From NCBI GenBank assembly GCA_034667725.1, contig JAXDQS010000001.1, forward strand, positions 224,001 through 288,000: a stretch of DNA of 64,000 nt. Reading direction: 5' to 3'. Shown here piece by piece: positions 28,072 to 38,252 of the stretch. Within the stretch, counting starts at the first letter, position 1, and the number at the start of each line of letters is the position of its first letter. The notes under the pieces are model-generated. The model saw only the letters and a list, made by a program, of their open reading frames with translations, searched no databases and had not been told where the DNA came from. This DNA is from Thermoplasmata archaeon. GTDB lineage: Archaea; Thermoplasmatota; E2; JACPAO01; JAHFTW01. The translations under genes and the position numbers were made by a program.

Positions 28072-29346
28072 TCACGACCGCGCCACGACCGTCTCGTCGC
28101 GGCCCGGCCCGATCCCGACCAGCCGGATTTGGGCCCCCGTGTGCTCCCGGATGGTCTGGAGGTAGCTGCGGGCCTCGGTGGGGAGCCCCTGCCAGGTCCC
28201 GTCGCCCAGCTCCGTCCAGCCCTCGAACTCCTGGTAGACCGGCTTGGCTTGGGCGAAGTCCTCCGGGTCCGACGGGATGTGCGTGATGCGCGCGCCGCCG
28301 GGAAGCTCGTAGGCCGTGCAGACCTTGACGACGTCGAGGCCGGAGAGCACGTCGAGCTTCGTGACCGCGAGCTGGTTGATGCCGCACAGCCGCACCGCGT
28401 GGTTGACGACGACCAGGTCGAGCCAGCCGCAGCGCCGCTGCCGCCCGGTGGTGGTGCCGACCTCGTGGCCGACGGTGGAGAGGTGCTTGCCGATGCCCTC
28501 GGTGAGCGACAACTCGGTGGGGAACGGGCCGGAGCCGACGCGGGTGGTGTAGGCCTTGACGACGCCGACCACGTCGCCGACGTCGCGCGGGGACAACCCG
28601 GAGCCGCTGCACATGCCGCCCGAGGCCGTGCTGGACGAGGTCACGTAGGGATAGGTGCCGTGGTCGATGTCGAGCATCGTGCCCTGGGCGCCCTCCAGCA
28701 GGATGCCCTCCTCCTGGTCGACCGCCTCCTGCAGCAGCCGCACGGTGTCGGTGATGTACGGCTTGAGGTCCTTGCCGGCCGCCTGGAGCGCGCCCAGGAT
28801 CTGCCGGGCGTCGAACTGCTCGCTCGACCCGAGGTGCTTCAGGAGCGCGTTCTTGGCGACGACGGCGGCGTTCACCTTCTCCTCCAGCCGCGCCGGCCGC
28901 AGCAGGTCGCCCGCCTGGATGCCGGCCCGGCTGACCTTGTCCGCGTAGCACGGCCCGATGCCGCGCCCGGTGGTGCCGACCTTGCGGCCCGCCTTGGCCG
29001 CCTCCTCCGCGTTGTCCTGCGCCTTGTGGTACGGCAGGATCAGGTGGGCCCGGTCCGAGAGGTAGAGGTGCGGGTCGAGGCCGCGGGCGCGCAGGCCCTC
29101 CACTTCCGAGAGCAGCACGAAGGGATCGACGACGCAGCCGTTGCCGATCACCGACTTCTTGCCCGACACCACGCCCGACGGCAGCAAATGGAGCTTGTAG
29201 GTCTGGCCGCCGACCACGATGGTGTGGCCGGCGTTGTTGCCGCCCTGGAAGCGCACGACCCAGTCGACGCGGTCCGCGAGGTAGTCCACGACCTTGCCCT
29301 TGCCCTCGTCGCCCCATTGGGTCCCGATGACGGCGGTGACGGCCAC
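28072..29346 (-). CDS. purA: Adenylosuccinate synthetase
   Basis: QWGDEGKGK, GGNNAGHT, EGAQG..LDIDHGTYPYVTSS, GTTTGR. Confidence 0.98.
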   Translation of the reverse strand: MAVTAVIGTQWGDEGKGKVVDYLADRVDWVVRFQGGNNAGHTIVVGGQTYKLHLLPSGVVSGKKSVIGNGCVVDPFVLLSEVEGLRARGLDPHLYLSDRAHLILPYHKAQDNAEEAAKAGRKVGTTGRGIGPCYADKVSRAGIQAGDLLRPARLEEKVNAAVVAKNALLKHLGSSEQFDARQILGALQAAGKDLKPYITDTVRLLQEAVDQEEGILLEGAQGTMLDIDHGTYPYVTSSSTASGGMCSGSGLSPRDVGDVVGVVKAYTTRVGSGPFPTELSLTEGIGKHLSTVGHEVGTTTGRQRRCGWLDLVVVNHAVRLCGINQLAVTKLDVLSGLDVVKVCTAYELPGGARITHIPSDPEDFAQAKPVYQEFEGWTELGDGTWQGLPTEARSYLQTIREHTGAQIRLVGIGPGRDETVVARS

Positions 29347-29410
29347 GAGGCGGCGACGGAGGGGCCCGATAAAGCCGTGCGGCGAGCGTTTCAGGTGGAG
29401 GCGTCAGGCC

Positions 29411-29929
29411 TCAGCCGGCGTAGTGCAACCCCGCCGACTTGTGGTCGATCGCCGCCATCTCCTTGTGGTGCACCTCGGCCCCCACCACCTCCATGATGAC
29501 GGTGGCGTGGTCGCCCAGCTCGCGCATCTCCTTGAGCCGCAGCTCGACGCTCGCGGGCAGCTCCGGCAGCAGCGGGCACCCGGTCGCGGGGCCGTCGCGC
29601 GCCGCCAGCGGCCCGGCCTTGCCGTCCGCGACCACGACGTGCTTGAAGAACGGCTTCACGAGCTCCTTCTGCCCCGCGCCCAGCAGGTTCAGGCTCAACA
29701 CACCAGTCTCCCGGACGCCCTTGAGGGCCTCGCCGTCCTTGTGCATCCCGAGCACCACGAGCGGCGGGTCGAAGCTGGTCTGCGTGAACCACGACACCAG
29801 GCTCACCGCCTTGTGGCCGTCGGCGTGCCGCGAGCCCGCCAAGTAGAGGCCGTAGGGGACGAGGCGCAGGGCGTGCTTCTTGGCGGCAGGGTCCATGCCC
29901 GGGCGCACCTGCGGCGGCGACTTGGTCAT
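29411..29929 (-). CDS. Flavin reductase family protein
   Basis: LRLVPYGLY, SWFTQTSFDPP, GDH. Confidence 0.88.
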   Translation of the reverse strand: MTKSPPQVRPGMDPAAKKHALRLVPYGLYLAGSRHADGHKAVSLVSWFTQTSFDPPLVVLGMHKDGEALKGVRETGVLSLNLLGAGQKELVKPFFKHVVVADGKAGPLAARDGPATGCPLLPELPASVELRLKEMRELGDHATVIMEVVGAEVHHKEMAAIDHKSAGLHYAG

Positions 29930-30651
29930 TGCGCCAGCACGGCAACGGCCAGCGCGACGGCGGCGGGCACGGCGCTCGCGAGGAAATTGACGTCCTGCTT
30001 CGTCAGGCGGCCCCGCGGGCTCTCCAGGGTCGCGCCCAAGAGCGAGTCGAGCTGGCAGCCGAGGAAGCCGCCCGCGACCACGAAGCCCGCCCACGCCATC
30101 GGCAGGCCGACGAAGGCGACGGCCGCGGCGGCGATGGCGGCGGCCCCCGCCAGCGCGGCGCCTTGGCCGGCCCAGCTCACGGCCCCGTTGGTGCCGCGCG
30201 GGACGGCGGCGAACGGCGGCAGCACGATGCGGGCGCGGGCCGACAACGCGCCGATCTCGGAGGCCAGCGTGTCGGCGGTGACGGCGGCGACCGCGACGGC
30301 GTAGGCCAAGCGCACGGCGTCCGGCCCGATGCCGGGCAGCTGGATGGCCAGCACGGCAAGGCCGGCGGCGGCCCCGTTGCCCATGACGTTGCCGACGCCG
30401 CGCTCGCCGCGGTCGCCCTCCGCCAGGCCGAGCGCCTTCTTGCGGCCGTAGCCGAGGCGGGTCGCGGCGAAGCCGAGGCCGGTGAACAGCACCATGAGGG
30501 CCAGCCAGCTCAGGTCGCCCAGGAGCGCGATGAGGAGGCCCAGGAGGAACGAGGCGACCGAGCCCAGGAGGTCGAGGACGCCGAGGGCGAACGCCAGCAG
30601 CGACAGGCCCGCCAAGGCGAGCACCGTCACGAGGAGCCAGGGGACTTCCAT
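29926..30651 (-). CDS. DUF92 (TMEM19) membrane protein
   Basis: NVMGNG, ADTLASEIG, GTNGAVS, DSLLGATLE, DVNFL. Confidence 0.9.
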   Translation of the reverse strand: MEVPWLLVTVLALAGLSLLAFALGVLDLLGSVASFLLGLLIALLGDLSWLALMVLFTGLGFAATRLGYGRKKALGLAEGDRGERGVGNVMGNGAAAGLAVLAIQLPGIGPDAVRLAYAVAVAAVTADTLASEIGALSARARIVLPPFAAVPRGTNGAVSWAGQGAALAGAAAIAAAAVAFVGLPMAWAGFVVAGGFLGCQLDSLLGATLESPRGRLTKQDVNFLASAVPAAVALAVAVLAQ

Positions 30652-30661
30652 GCCGCCGCCG

Positions 30662-31024
30662 TCACCGGGGCAGGACGGGCGCGTCCCAGGAGCCTTGCAG
30701 CAGCACCAGGCCGCGGGCGGGGGCGTCGGGATGGGGCCCTTCCCAGAGGACGAGGCCCTCCAGCGCGACGTCGCGGCCGGTCGGGATGGGCGAGGCCGCC
30801 GTCACGAGGACCAGCGCATCGGCGCCCGTCTCCAGCACGTAGGTCACCTTGTCCAGGAGGGCGGCGACGGCCTCCCACTGAGGGCCGTCCGGCACCTGGA
30901 ACGGCGCCATGGTGCCGCGCATCGCGACGACGGCGCCAGCGACGGGGGTCGGCTCGTGCGGGGCCGGCTCGTCGAGCGCGGCCAGGACGCCCGCGCTGGC
31001 CAGCAAGGCCAAGGACAACGCCAA
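30662..31024 (-). CDS. Hypothetical membrane-anchored protein; start uncertain
   Basis: Hydrophobic N-terminus, host-like codons; fills the gap between rpl10e and DUF92. Confidence 0.45.
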   Translation of the reverse strand: MALSLALLASAGVLAALDEPAPHEPTPVAGAVVAMRGTMAPFQVPDGPQWEAVAALLDKVTYVLETGADALVLVTAASPIPTGRDVALEGLVLWEGPHPDAPARGLVLLQGSWDAPVLPR

Positions 31025-31056
31025 CAGCGGCTTGTTGCGAACCGTGCGGTCACGAC

Positions 31057-31575
31057 CTAGAAGGTCACGAGCTCGAGGCCCTGCACGTCGATGTGGCACG
31101 GGCTCGCGATCTTGTTGTATGACTTGCGCATGGCCTCCTTGGCCGCCGCGAAGCCGCGGGCCGGGACCTTGATGGTCATGACGGCCTGGCCGGGGGCGAC
31201 ACGGGCCGCGGTGCCGATGGCCTTGCCGAAGGCCAGGCGCATGCCCATGGAGACACGGTCGGCGCCGGCGCCCGACGCCTGCTTGTTCTGGCGCAGGACG
31301 TGGTGCGGGTAGACGCGGACCTTGAGGTGGTAGTTCTCGCGGCCGAGGGCGGCATCGAGGGCGCGGACGGCGGTGATGCGCATGGCCTCGAGGGCGGTGT
31401 GGCGAATCTGGCCCTCCTCCTCGGGGATGAGGTGCAGGACGACGGGGAAGTCGCCGTTCGCCTTGCCGGACTCGTACTGCAGGATGCGGTTGCCAGGGAC
31501 GCCGCCCATGAATTCGCGGCGCGTGTAGGCGTGCTGCGTCAACTTGCGGTACATGCGAGCGGGGTTCTTCGCCAT
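31057..31575 (-). CDS. rpl10e: 50S ribosomal protein L10e (L16 family)
   Basis: PARMYR, QIRHTALEA, YPHHVLRQNK, GADRVSMGMRLAFGK. Confidence 0.97.
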   Translation of the reverse strand: MAKNPARMYRKLTQHAYTRREFMGGVPGNRILQYESGKANGDFPVVLHLIPEEEGQIRHTALEAMRITAVRALDAALGRENYHLKVRVYPHHVLRQNKQASGAGADRVSMGMRLAFGKAIGTAARVAPGQAVMTIKVPARGFAAAKEAMRKSYNKIASPCHIDVQGLELVTF

Positions 31576-31703
31576 GGCAGTCCACCTAGGGGATGGCCGT
31601 GCCGACAGGGGGTTCGTATGTATGGCTTTCGGCGGGAGGGACGAAGCCCCGGGGGCCGACGCGACCCGAATCGCTGAAAGCCGATTCCCCCGCTGGGTTG
31701 GCC

Positions 31704-32213
31704 GTGGACCTGCTGACCATCGTCCTGCGCTTCGTGCACATCCTGGCCGCCATCGCGTGGGCCGGCGGCGGGCTGTTCGTCCTCGCCGTCCTCGACCCGA
31801 TGATGGGCCGCATCAGCGCCGCCGAGGGCAACCGCTTCATGCGCCACATCCAGCTGCGGACCAAGCTGGCCGCCTACTTCCCCGTCACCGCCGTGCTCAC
31901 CGTCGTCGCCGGCATCGTGCTCTACTTCGTCGTGGACGGCCGCACGCTCTACCCGATGTCCACCACCCAAGGCCAGGTCTTCCACGTCGGCATGGTCTTC
32001 GGCGTCCTCGCCCTCGTCTGGGGCGGCGCGATGGAAGGCCGCCTCAACGGCAAGCTGGGCAAGCTGGCCCGCCGCGTCGAAGGCAAGGCCGCCGACCCCG
32101 GCCTGGAGGCCGAGATGACCCTGCTGGGCGGCAAGCTCCGCGGCGCCACCCGCGTCAGCGGCGCCCTCCTCTTGGTCGCCATCTTCGGCATGTCCACCTT
32201 CCAGTACTTCTGA
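31704..32213 (+). CDS. Four-TM membrane protein (CopD/DUF2269-like)
   Basis: LRFVHILAAIAWAGG motif; four TM helices. Confidence 0.7.
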   Translation: MDLLTIVLRFVHILAAIAWAGGGLFVLAVLDPMMGRISAAEGNRFMRHIQLRTKLAAYFPVTAVLTVVAGIVLYFVVDGRTLYPMSTTQGQVFHVGMVFGVLALVWGGAMEGRLNGKLGKLARRVEGKAADPGLEAEMTLLGGKLRGATRVSGALLLVAIFGMSTFQYF

Positions 32214-32263
32214 GGGCGCCCGGGACCCGCCCCGTTTAACTTGGCCGGGCCTTGGCGCCCGCC

Positions 32264-32809
32264 ATGCGAACCTTCGGCGCCCTCACTGCCCTCGCCCTTG
32301 CCCTGACCGCGCTTGCCGGCTGCTCCAGCTCCGGCGGCGACGGCACCCTCAACGTCCACGTCACCGACGCCCCCGGCGCCATCGGCGACTTCACCAGCCT
32401 CACCATCACCGTCTCCAGCATCGAGCTCAAGCACAAGGGCAACGACGGCGTCGAGAAGACCGACGCCTACACCCCCGACGACAAGGAGTTCGACCTCGCC
32501 AAGCTCACCAACGGCAACGTCACCACCATCTTCGGCGGCAAGGTCGCCAACGGCACCTACACCAAGATGGAGTTCATCGTCGCGAGCGCCACGGGCGTCC
32601 TTGCGGCCGACGGCAAGACCGTCCAGGTCGACGCGCCCAAGGGCAGCATCTTCGTCAACACCCAGTTCACCGTCGGCGACGGCTCCGAGGTCGACTTCGT
32701 GTTCGACATCCACGTGGTCGCCAAGGGCAACGGCGGCTACTCGCTCCAGCCCAACGCCGGCGGCAGCAAGGTCGTGGCGAAGCCCACCAACGGCAAGATT
32801 CCGCAGTGA
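32264..32809 (+). CDS. DUF4382 domain lipoprotein
   Basis: LAGC lipobox; GTLNVHVTDAP, FDL..L, GTYTK. Confidence 0.85.
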   Translation: MRTFGALTALALALTALAGCSSSGGDGTLNVHVTDAPGAIGDFTSLTITVSSIELKHKGNDGVEKTDAYTPDDKEFDLAKLTNGNVTTIFGGKVANGTYTKMEFIVASATGVLAADGKTVQVDAPKGSIFVNTQFTVGDGSEVDFVFDIHVVAKGNGGYSLQPNAGGSKVVAKPTNGKIPQ

Positions 32810-32853
32810 AGCGCTCCCGAAGCCTCTATGCGTCCCGGCGGGGCTGGGCACCC

Positions 32854-34056
32854 ATGGACAACGCGCACCCGACCCCGAAGGCGCTTGGCTGGACCTGGAA
32901 GGTGGCCCGCGACTGGTCCCGCGGGTGGCGCTTCCACGTCGGGCTGCCGGTCCTTGTTGCCGTGATTCCGTTCTTGGCCTTCGTGGCCGTCGGGCGGCAG
33001 GAGGGGACGCTCTGGCTGCCGAACGTGGACGGGGTGCACAACAACGGCCTGTTCGAGGATCCCATCTTCCTGGCCTACTTCCCGGTGGCGTGGCTGCTGC
33101 TCTACTCCGCGCGCCACATCGTGCGCAGCGCCCGCGATCTTCGGAAGGCCCTTCCGTTCGTCGTGCGGCACGACGGCAGGTCGACGCTCACGGAGGCCCG
33201 CTTCAAGGAGATGGGCGACTACTACGACGTCCTCTTGGCCAGGATGGCGCTCCAAAAGGTTCCCCCGCAAGGCAAGGCCCCCGACTCCTGCAAGGGACTG
33301 TCCCTGGCCGTCCGCGTCCTGGTCCCGCTCACCTTCGCCGTCGCCGGCCTGTTCCTCGCCCTCAGCACTTACCAGCACTGGAACGCGCAGCAGGCCTACG
33401 GCTTCGACATCTGGGCCTCCTCCCACCATCTGCTCGGCTTCTGCCTGCGCCTGGCCTTCGAGACCGTCCTGTACCCCTTCATGGCGATCGTGGTCTCGCA
33501 GCTGCTCGTGGCCATCTGCATCATGCAGCACGCCCTGCGCACCCTGCGGAGCCACGACGCCATCCGCTACGTCCGCTTCGCCCACGACCGCGCCGGCGGC
33601 TTCGCCGAGTTCGGCGAGCACTCCCTCATGCACGTCGTGGCCATGCTGCCGTTCCTGCTGCTCATCCTGGCTTACGTGGTCTTCTACCCCTCCACTGGAA
33701 TCCTCTGGGTCGGCCTCGTGGTCTACCTCGTCGGCCTGCCTTTGATCTTCTTCCTGCCGCTGGCCGGCGCCCGGCGCGCGATGGGGCAGGCCCGCCGCAA
33801 CGAGCTGGAGATGGTCGGCGGCGCCGTCGGCAAGCACTACGACCAGCTCAAGGCGAGCCTCGGCAAGGACGACCTGGCCGCGGTCGAGCGTGAAGCCGGC
33901 CTCGTCAGCGAAGGCGAGAAGGTGTTCCAGGCCGTCGCCGACCAGTCGTGCTGGCCGTTCAGCACCAGCCTGCTGGCCCGGTTCGGCTCCATCACGGCCG
34001 GCCTCTGGGGGATTGCCCTGCCCAACATCCTCGCCATGCTCGGCTGGGTCGGGTGA
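32854..34056 (+). CDS. Multi-pass membrane protein of unknown function
   Basis: Several TM helices; HDRAGGF and WPF motifs. Confidence 0.7.
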   Translation: MDNAHPTPKALGWTWKVARDWSRGWRFHVGLPVLVAVIPFLAFVAVGRQEGTLWLPNVDGVHNNGLFEDPIFLAYFPVAWLLLYSARHIVRSARDLRKALPFVVRHDGRSTLTEARFKEMGDYYDVLLARMALQKVPPQGKAPDSCKGLSLAVRVLVPLTFAVAGLFLALSTYQHWNAQQAYGFDIWASSHHLLGFCLRLAFETVLYPFMAIVVSQLLVAICIMQHALRTLRSHDAIRYVRFAHDRAGGFAEFGEHSLMHVVAMLPFLLLILAYVVFYPSTGILWVGLVVYLVGLPLIFFLPLAGARRAMGQARRNELEMVGGAVGKHYDQLKASLGKDDLAAVEREAGLVSEGEKVFQAVADQSCWPFSTSLLARFGSITAGLWGIALPNILAMLGWVG

Positions 34057-34059
34057 GCC

Positions 34060-34617
34060 GTGCAGCCCATCGGGCGCCAGCCGACCTGGGTCCCGCAGAC
34101 CGCCGGGGACCGCGCCGGGGTCGTCGCCTTCGGCGTCCTGTACGTCATCCTGTACGCTCCCCTCCACATCCTCCACCGCCTGCTCGGCTGGACCCGCGTC
34201 CCGTGGCTCGCGCTCGACCTCCTCTCCCTGCCCGGGCGCCTCTACATGGTCGTCGTCAGCCCCTTCGGCCCCCGCGCCAAGGCCCACGGCCAGAAGGCCA
34301 ACGCCCTGGCGCACACCGAATTGGTCTGCCGCCTCTGCCCCGCCGCCCGCCAAGCCACCCGCGACCCCGCCGGCGGCACCGCCTGCGCCTGGAACCGCGC
34401 CTGGAACGCCGGCCAGTTCGGCATCCCCCCCGACTTCGGGACCCGCAACTACTTCCGCCAGTTCGCTGGCCGCACCGACTTGGCCGCGTACCGCGGGCTC
34501 GGCAAGGATTTGCCGCCCGCGCCGAAGCGGCGGGTCGCCGGCCCGGCGCTGGCGTGGACGTTGAGCCTCGCGTTCTGGGCTATGGCCATCGCGGGGCTCG
34601 TGCTGCTAGTGGGCTGA
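34060..34617 (+). CDS. Hypothetical membrane protein
   Basis: N- and C-terminal hydrophobic helices; CxxC. Confidence 0.55.
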   Translation: MQPIGRQPTWVPQTAGDRAGVVAFGVLYVILYAPLHILHRLLGWTRVPWLALDLLSLPGRLYMVVVSPFGPRAKAHGQKANALAHTELVCRLCPAARQATRDPAGGTACAWNRAWNAGQFGIPPDFGTRNYFRQFAGRTDLAAYRGLGKDLPPAPKRRVAGPALAWTLSLAFWAMAIAGLVLLVG

Positions 34618-34732
34618 AGGCGCAAACGGGGTCGTGGCGGCCAGCTTGCCGGCTGCATGGGTCTTTGAGCGCCTCCCTGCCTGCACCCTCGGTTTCGGCC
34701 CCCCCGCCGGAGCCAAGACAAGGAGCAAGCAC

Positions 34733-37483
34733 ATGACCACAACCACGCACGGTCCCGCACGGGGCCGCCTTCTCCTGCTCGGCCTGGGTGCCGCCGCCCT
34801 CGTGGCCGTGCTGGCCGCCGCCGCGCCGCACGCGAACGCTTCCGCCATCATCGACAACGGCGTCGTCCAGCTCGGCGTGGACGACTACGGCCAGCTCAAC
34901 ATCCCCGGCCCGCCCTCCTCCGGCGGCGTGGCCGTGGTCGGACTGCGCTTCATGCCCACCAACGGCGAATCGACCTCGCCCGGCTGCCTGTGCGAAGGCT
35001 GGGGCGTCTCCTACGACAACACCGTCGAGGGCTTCGCCGACAACGCCATGGGCGGCCCTAACGGCTGCATCGCCCCCGTGTCGTTCACCTCGACGGCCAC
35101 CACCGCGGTCTCGGTCGTCGATGTTTGCGACCTGCGCGTCACGCATGACTTCCACCCCTCGCCGGCGACCCCGAACCTGTACGAAGTGGACGTCTCCATC
35201 GAGAACCGCGGCACCGTGGCCCACGGCGACGTGCTCTACCGCCGCGCCATGGACTGGGACGTCGAGCCCACCGCCTTCAGCGAGTACAGCACCATCGACT
35301 TCGTGGGCCCCACGCCCCCCGTCGAGCTGGTGCAGTCCTCCAACAACGGCTTCGCCGTGCCCAGCCCGCTGTCCACCATGGGCGGCACCCCGGGGCCCTT
35401 CACGGACCTCGGCCCCACCGACCACGGCGCCGCCTTCGACTTCAGCTTCGGCTCCGTGCTCCCCGGCATGACGGTCCAGTTCCGCGCCTACTACGGCGCC
35501 GCCCAGGACGAGGCCACCGCCGACTCGGCCCGCATCGCGGCCGGCGTGCAGCTCTGGTCGTACGGCCAGTGCAACAAGGCCATCGACCCCGCCTGCGACG
35601 AGACCACCGGCACCCCCAACACCTTCATCTTCGGCTTCGGCGCCCTCACGCCCAGCCGCTGCGACCAGGTGGCCAAGACCGGGCGGGCCTTCATCGCGCA
35701 CGCCCACAACTGGGACGTCGGCAACACGGGCTACCTCGGCCCCGCCGACACCTGGGTCGTGGACTCCGGCGACATGTTCACCTACGCCCCGATGGCCCTC
35801 GACGCCACCACGGCCACCTACAGCGGCCCCCTGATGGACGCCGACGTGCTGTTTGCGCGCACCACGGCCCAGGCCTGCGCCTCGACGGCCCGCACCGCGG
35901 TCGCCCACCTCGTGTCGGGCCCCGCCGCGCCGGTGCCGTTCGAGGTCAAGCTGGGCGAGGTCGTCTCGTCGAGCGACTGCCGCGGCCACAGCGGCTCAAC
36001 CACGCTGGCCTACCTCATGGTCAACAGCGTCGTGCTCATCGACACCACCAACCAGCCGCCGCCCAACACCAAGATCCTGCTCGGGCCCGTCACGGTGACC
36101 CTGAACGAGCACCGCGTGAGCCCCGGCGTCCTGGAGGTCAACGCGGTCCACATCGAGGTGCCCGGCGTCGCGGACGTCCGCGTCCTGTCGGCCCGCAGCG
36201 ACATCCATGGCTGCGGCCGCAGCATCCCCGAGGCGTGCGGCCTCACCGTCGGCATCGACGCCGCCCTCAAGCCGGTCGCCGAGACCTGCTGGCCGCCCTG
36301 CGACCTGCGCACCCTCAACGCCCAGGCCCTGCCGTGCCAGCCCTGCGTCGGCGGCCTGGCGGGCATCCTGGAGTGCGCCTGCCAGCCCATCGGCGCCGGC
36401 ATCCCGACCGACGGAGGGATCGGCGGCGGCACCGGCGCGGACCCCAAGCTGTGCTGCCAGGCCCTCACGCCCATCGACGGCCTCGACACCACCATCGGCG
36501 GCCCCGGCGTGCCCGGCCCCTGCCTGCCGTGCCGGACCATCCTCCCCGGCACGCACGCCCTGCCGCCGTTGACCCTTACGACGACGCGCAACGTGGTCAC
36601 GAGCGACTGCCCATGCCCGGCGGTGCTCGGCGTGGACCTCGACCCTGCGGTGCCGAGCGGTCGGGCCTATGCCAGCCTCGACTGCGGCCCGTGCCGCGTG
36701 AACGCCATCGAGGATTTGGACGGCTCCGTGCCGGCCCAGCGCGGCACGGGGACGGTCCTCTGCGACCCGTGCCCGCTGCTGCCGCCCAACGTGGCCGCCG
36801 CCATCCCGTGCCGCCCTTGCCGGCTGACGTTCGGGCACGACGAGCGCGTGGCGCCCCCCAGCGCCTTCGCGTTCGCCGACCTCGATTGCATGCCGTGCCT
36901 CGTGCGGGCCCAGGAGATGCTCGACGGCACGACGCCGTGGCAGCACGGCGACGGCTCCGTCGAGTGCGATCCGTGCGAACTGTTGCCGCCCACCATCGCG
37001 GCCATGCTGCCGTGCATGCCATGCCGCATCACGTACCTCCACGACGAGGGCGTCTCCCCGACCGCCACCGCCACGGTGACGTTCGACTGCGGCCCGTGCC
37101 GTGTCACCTCCGGCCTCAAGCTGGACGCGCTGACCCTCACGGAGTTCCTGTTCGGCGACGTCCAATGCCACGGCTGCCTCGTGAGCGGCATGAGCCCGGT
37201 GCCCGACGTCTGCGTCGGCTGCGACGTCCACGCGGACGAGGACGGCGTCACCCCGGCCCTGCCGCCCGCGACCGTGGCGACCGTCACGCTGAGCACCGCC
37301 TGCACGCACTGCGTCGGCTCGCCCTGCATCGTGCCGGCCTGCCCGCCGGTCGATCCAGCCGACCCGTGCGGCCTCGGCCCCGTGCCGCCGCCCCCGCCGC
37401 CCAGCACGCTGCCCGTCGTCGGCCCCGTCCTGGCGCCCCTGGACCCCGTCGTCCAGGCCGTGCTGGACCTGCTGGGCCTCTGA
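34733..37483 (+). CDS. Large secreted Cys/Pro-rich protein with a choice-of-anchor-P-like domain
   Basis: AGGAG SD, signal peptide; PGCLCEGWG domain; VTLNE..LEVNAVHI; C-terminal DCxPC/CDPC repeats. Confidence 0.8.
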   Translation: MTTTTHGPARGRLLLLGLGAAALVAVLAAAAPHANASAIIDNGVVQLGVDDYGQLNIPGPPSSGGVAVVGLRFMPTNGESTSPGCLCEGWGVSYDNTVEGFADNAMGGPNGCIAPVSFTSTATTAVSVVDVCDLRVTHDFHPSPATPNLYEVDVSIENRGTVAHGDVLYRRAMDWDVEPTAFSEYSTIDFVGPTPPVELVQSSNNGFAVPSPLSTMGGTPGPFTDLGPTDHGAAFDFSFGSVLPGMTVQFRAYYGAAQDEATADSARIAAGVQLWSYGQCNKAIDPACDETTGTPNTFIFGFGALTPSRCDQVAKTGRAFIAHAHNWDVGNTGYLGPADTWVVDSGDMFTYAPMALDATTATYSGPLMDADVLFARTTAQACASTARTAVAHLVSGPAAPVPFEVKLGEVVSSSDCRGHSGSTTLAYLMVNSVVLIDTTNQPPPNTKILLGPVTVTLNEHRVSPGVLEVNAVHIEVPGVADVRVLSARSDIHGCGRSIPEACGLTVGIDAALKPVAETCWPPCDLRTLNAQALPCQPCVGGLAGILECACQPIGAGIPTDGGIGGGTGADPKLCCQALTPIDGLDTTIGGPGVPGPCLPCRTILPGTHALPPLTLTTTRNVVTSDCPCPAVLGVDLDPAVPSGRAYASLDCGPCRVNAIEDLDGSVPAQRGTGTVLCDPCPLLPPNVAAAIPCRPCRLTFGHDERVAPPSAFAFADLDCMPCLVRAQEMLDGTTPWQHGDGSVECDPCELLPPTIAAMLPCMPCRITYLHDEGVSPTATATVTFDCGPCRVTSGLKLDALTLTEFLFGDVQCHGCLVSGMSPVPDVCVGCDVHADEDGVTPALPPATVATVTLSTACTHCVGSPCIVPACPPVDPADPCGLGPVPPPPPPSTLPVVGPVLAPLDPVVQAVLDLLGL

Positions 37484-37490
37484 GGCATAC

Positions 37491-37522
37491 GGCCCTTTTT
37501 CCCCTCCTTCCCCTCCTCCTTC
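37491..37522 (+). terminator. Oligo-pyrimidine terminator-like tract
   Basis: ggccctttttcccctccttcccctcctcctt after the stop; similar tracts at 54293 and 61618. Confidence 0.45.
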
Positions 37523-38252
37523 AGTTCCCAGCCACGCATCCGCAAGGCGTCCTGCGCGTGTCCTCGATCCAACGGGGGCGTGCCAGCAGGCCATACGTCG
37601 GGGTCCAAGTGGCTTCCATGACCAAGGGGCCGGTGGGGGTCGTGAAGGGCAGCACGCTTCGGTTGCAGGCGTCGGGGCGGGTGGCGTCCTGGGGACGCGC
37701 ATCGGCAAGCGTCCAATCCAACAAGCCGCGTGCCAAAGCCTCGGCCGCCGGGCTCGCCAGGAACCGGCGCAACGTCGCACGCCCGACTCCGGACTCTTGG
37801 CGGAGGCTGTGGCGCAGGAAGGCGCGCGTCAAGGCTTGATGCAGCATCTCGTGGGGGCTCGCCTTCGGGCGGCCCCGCCCAGGCGGAGGCGGATTCGCGG
37901 CGGGACTGGCATCCAGCATCCGGGCCAGCAGGACCGGCCAGCGTTCCGGCAGGAGCCGCGCCGCTTCGGCCTCCAAGGCTTCGCGGCGAACGGCCGTCGC
38001 GGTCGCCGGGAGCCGAACGGCGCCGACGATCTCCAGGACCGCCAGGATGTGCGCGCAGGGCTTGGCGTCATGGTGGCGGCGGTCGCTGCTGCACCGCCAT
38101 CCCGCGCCGCGCCGATAGACCCGCACCGACGCGGCATCGGGGCGCGTGCCTTGGACGCGGTAATGGTCCGCGTCCAGGCGCACCACGCCCGAGGCCGCAA
38201 GGATGCAGCGCGCCGCCTGCAACGTGCGGCGCGGCAAGTCTAGGTTTGCCAT
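37521..38252 (-). CDS. SWIM-like Zn-finger protein; DDE-less paralog of the adjacent transposase
   Basis: WRCSSD..PCAHILAV, GRGRP and ATLRRF align with the transposase N-half. Confidence 0.65.
   Translation of the reverse strand: MANLDLPRRTLQAARCILAASGVVRLDADHYRVQGTRPDAASVRVYRRGAGWRCSSDRRHHDAKPCAHILAVLEIVGAVRLPATATAVRREALEAEAARLLPERWPVLLARMLDASPAANPPPPGRGRPKASPHEMLHQALTRAFLRHSLRQESGVGRATLRRFLASPAAEALARGLLDWTLADARPQDATRPDACNRSVLPFTTPTGPLVMEATWTPTYGLLARPRWIEDTRRTPCGCVAGN

Noticed and set aside
28072-29346. Long-form PurA as a novelty
   Set aside because: The ~430-aa form is known in several archaeal groups; ordinary housekeeping gene.
20470-29496. Long Arg/Ala/Gly-rich alternative-frame ORFs (e.g. 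877, 621 and 668 aa)
   Set aside because: Stop-poor shadow frames typical of high-GC DNA overlapping well-supported genes; only the 3' end of the 877-aa ORF (the GNAT) is real.
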